DNA of 16,556 nt from an uncultured bacterium (GTDB lineage: Bacteria > Cyanobacteriota > Cyanobacteriia > Cyanobacteriales > Xenococcaceae), in NCBI GenBank assembly GCA_964548905.1, contig CAZJTL010000112.1, positions 1 through 16,556 on the forward strand, read 5' to 3'. Shown piece by piece: positions 14,720 through 16,556 of the stretch (positions are counted from its first letter, which is position 1; each line of letters begins with the position of its first letter). Below the pieces are notes generated by a model, which made no database searches, was not told the DNA's origin, and saw nothing but the letters and a program-made list of their open reading frames with translations. The position numbers and the translations under genes are program-made.

Positions 14720-14835
14720 AGTGCAGCTCTTAAAGTAAGAGGAGAAAAGCTAGAAAGATTTGGTAATCTTATCAATTCTTAGAATAGATTACTAAGTGCC
14801 TAAACAAAATTAATTACACAAATTGTATTTCCTCT

Positions 14836-14898
14836 TGCCTTTTGCAAGAAAGCCTTTTGCTACCCCCACCTGTAAATTTAATTTTGTGCAATTACTTA
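14836..14898 (+). repeat. Copy B of the ~55-bp dispersed element, in the divergent spacer between the FHA-like and MFS genes
   Basis: TTGCCTTTTGC / GCCTTTTGC / TACCCCCACC / TGTAAATTTAATTTTGTGCAATTACTTA, closely matching copy A at 3842-3896. Confidence 0.85.
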
Positions 14899-15080
14899 AA
14901 TAATAATCTATATAATTCGTTTGCTAGCTAATTTAAGATATAATTAAAAGTTTTTCATCTAATCAGCTTAGTTTTTTCAGCCAAATGTAGGGGCAAGGCA
15001 GAGAAGATTTTAAATTCTTCCACCCCAATTCTTCTCGATTGAAATTTAGGTTTAAACCAGTTGAATTCAGATTTAAACCG

Positions 15081-16322
15081 ATGAGTTTCTTCAGTCTTAA
15101 CAAATCACGTCCTAACACTAATAACCTATCCTTAGATGGCAATATCTTGATCGTCATTAGTATTGCCTTAACCGCAGTGTTAGGGGTAATGAGTGTTAAC
15201 CCAATCTTGCCAGCCGTAGCAAAATCTTTGAATATTCCCGCCCAATCTGTTGGGCTAATCATGACAAGCTATTTGCTTCCTGTTGCTATTGGCACACCCA
15301 TTTTTGGTGTTTTAGCCGATCGCCTTGGTAGAAAAAATATTCTCGTTCCTTCTTTACTAGTTTTTGCTCTTGGTGGAATTTTAAGTGCATTTGCACAAGA
15401 TTTTCGCAGTCTCATAGAGTGGAGATTTTTACAGGGACTTGGTGCTGCTAGTCTGGAATTTTTGCAATTAGCTGCGATCGCCGATATCTATAAAGGTAGG
15501 ATGCTACCTGTAGCGATGGGATTAAATGCTGCCGCGATCGGACTCAGTGCTACTGTTTATCCTATGATTGGTGGTGGATTGGCACAGTTAAGTTGGCGCT
15601 ACACTTTTCTGCTATCTGCTGTAGCTATTCCTCTGGCGTTATTAGTAATGTTTAAGCTCAAGCTTCCTCAAAGGCAAACAAAGACTAAAGCTGTTCCCTT
15701 AAAAATTTATCTCAAAAACGCCCTCAAAAGCATCAGCAATCGTCACGTACTTGGCTTAATGTTGGCAATACTTGCCTTATTTTTCCTCGAATTCGGTATT
15801 TGTTTTATTTGTGTACCAATTTTTGCCAATTCTCTTGGTGCTTCTAGTGCGACAATTGGTATCCTACTTGCCTGTATGGAAATTTCTCTTGCTTTAGTAG
15901 CACCACAATTAGGATGGTTAGTACAGAGATTCTCTGAGTTTAGTTTAATCAAATTCTCTTTTGTTATTTCTGCTTTGTCCCTAAGTCTAGTTCCATTAAT
16001 GAATAATGTTTGGTTCCTATTTATACCGCTTATCCTGTTTGGTGCAGCTCAAGGTATTGCTATGCCACTAATTCAAACCTCATTAGCGCAGCTTGCACCC
16101 AAAGACTATCTAGCTGGATTCATGTCGTTGAATGTGACGGTGCAGTCTTTAGGACGAGCTTTAGGCCCGATTGTTGCAGGAATTGCCTTTGGCGTTTTAG
16201 GTTTGCGAAATGTTTTCTATCTTGGCGGTGGTTTTGCTCTTGTCACTATCTTGTTGCTCAATCCTTTCCTGAAAGTAGGAAATAGAGAAGGAATAGGTAG
16301 TAGAGAACAACTACGTTATTAA
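15081..16322 (+). CDS. MFS transporter (DHA-type)
   Basis: Twelve predicted hydrophobic segments. MFS motif A GVLADRLGRKN lies between TM2 and TM3. The track ORF starts at TTG 15039, but its first 14 codons are encoded by an 18-bp direct repeat (KFRFKP/VEFRFKP), so ATG 15081 is preferred. Confidence 0.8.
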   Translation: MSFFSLNKSRPNTNNLSLDGNILIVISIALTAVLGVMSVNPILPAVAKSLNIPAQSVGLIMTSYLLPVAIGTPIFGVLADRLGRKNILVPSLLVFALGGILSAFAQDFRSLIEWRFLQGLGAASLEFLQLAAIADIYKGRMLPVAMGLNAAAIGLSATVYPMIGGGLAQLSWRYTFLLSAVAIPLALLVMFKLKLPQRQTKTKAVPLKIYLKNALKSISNRHVLGLMLAILALFFLEFGICFICVPIFANSLGASSATIGILLACMEISLALVAPQLGWLVQRFSEFSLIKFSFVISALSLSLVPLMNNVWFLFIPLILFGAAQGIAMPLIQTSLAQLAPKDYLAGFMSLNVTVQSLGRALGPIVAGIAFGVLGLRNVFYLGGGFALVTILLLNPFLKVGNREGIGSREQLRY

Positions 16323-16365
16323 GGTGTTGCTGATTCGATCGATGAAATCGAGAGTAATAGTGTGT

Positions 16366-16418
16366 AGCTATCAGCATTTCAGCTATCAGCATTTCAGCTA
16401 TCAGTTATCAGCTATTAG
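16366..16418. repeat. Tandem 15-mer AGCTATCAGCATTTC x2 followed by degenerate AGCTATCAGTTATC and AGCTATTAG units
   Basis: Read directly, 44 nt downstream of the MFS stop. Followed by T6. Confidence 0.85.
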
Positions 16419-16529
16419 TTTTTTGCCTCCTGCCTTCTTCAGGGGTGACAGCTAAGCAAATCAGTTCAATTTTCTCATTCAATTTATCTCAATTAAAGAC
16501 CTTGACACTCCAACGGCTATAAGCGCGTT

Positions 16530-16552
16530 GGATTCTTAAGAGAAAAGAATCC
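16530..16552. promoter_or_regulatory. Hairpin GGATTCTT-aagagaa-AAGAATCC at the window edge
   Basis: 8-bp perfect stem seen directly. No T-tract is visible before the window ends. Confidence 0.3.
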
Positions 16553-16556
16553 TTAA

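Noticed and set aside
14963-15262. 99-aa minus-strand ORF spanning the MFS leader and N-terminus
   Set aside because: It overlaps the MFS start region and the direct repeats, and has no motifs. It is most likely an artefact of low-complexity AT-rich sequence.
15743-16285. 69-aa minus-strand and 91-aa plus-strand ORFs inside the MFS gene
   Set aside because: They are nested or antisense within a 12-TM transporter CDS.
1-16556. CRISPR array
   Set aside because: All tandem repeats found have 7-15-bp units with no spacers. No 25-40-bp repeats interleaved with unique spacers are present.

Overview
This window reads as a chromosomal segment from a cyanobacterium. The octamer GCGATCGC (HIP1) occurs at least 15 times, and short tandem hepta- and nonamer repeats sit in several intergenic spacers.

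Gene content, mostly ordinary housekeeping and accessory genes on both strands:
- Folate-related genes: folK 3' end, then a coupled NUDIX hydrolase, a Uma2/DUF820 endonuclease, and metF on the minus strand.
- Two adjacent tRNA genes that are atypical as read.
- A roughly 600 bp structured non-coding spacer.
- An unusual SPFH/band-7 protein carrying three extra degenerate copies of the SPFH N-terminal strand motif, with a small convergent membrane-anchored ORF overlapping its 3' end.
- A fructosamine-3-kinase-family gene, a second Uma2 paralog, and an APH-family phosphotransferase.
- An azoreductase gene (azoR) split across two frames by an internal deletion, so probably a pseudogene, lying divergent from an AraC regulator.
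- lipB, then the long-form hibernation factor hpf/lrtA with a roughly 470 bp leader and a bidirectional terminator.
- An 896-aa secreted protein of the filamentous-hemagglutinin (TPS-domain) family with no adjacent TpsB partner.
- An MFS transporter.

There is no CRISPR array, no obvious mobile element, and no rRNA.

Observations worth follow-up:
- A roughly 55 bp dispersed repeat is present upstream of both the SPFH gene and the MFS gene.
- The SPFH protein has tandem N-terminal SPFH-like repeats.
- The tRNA pair has mispaired acceptor ends and, in one, an odd anticodon loop.
- A protein-like 92-codon frame (2672..2949) has no canonical start codon.
- A 'TTGTAGTAT' motif recurs three times.
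- The short-tandem-repeat arrays are variously SD-like or overlap a stop codon.

All functional calls are from reading the translations against remembered family motifs. No database search was run.
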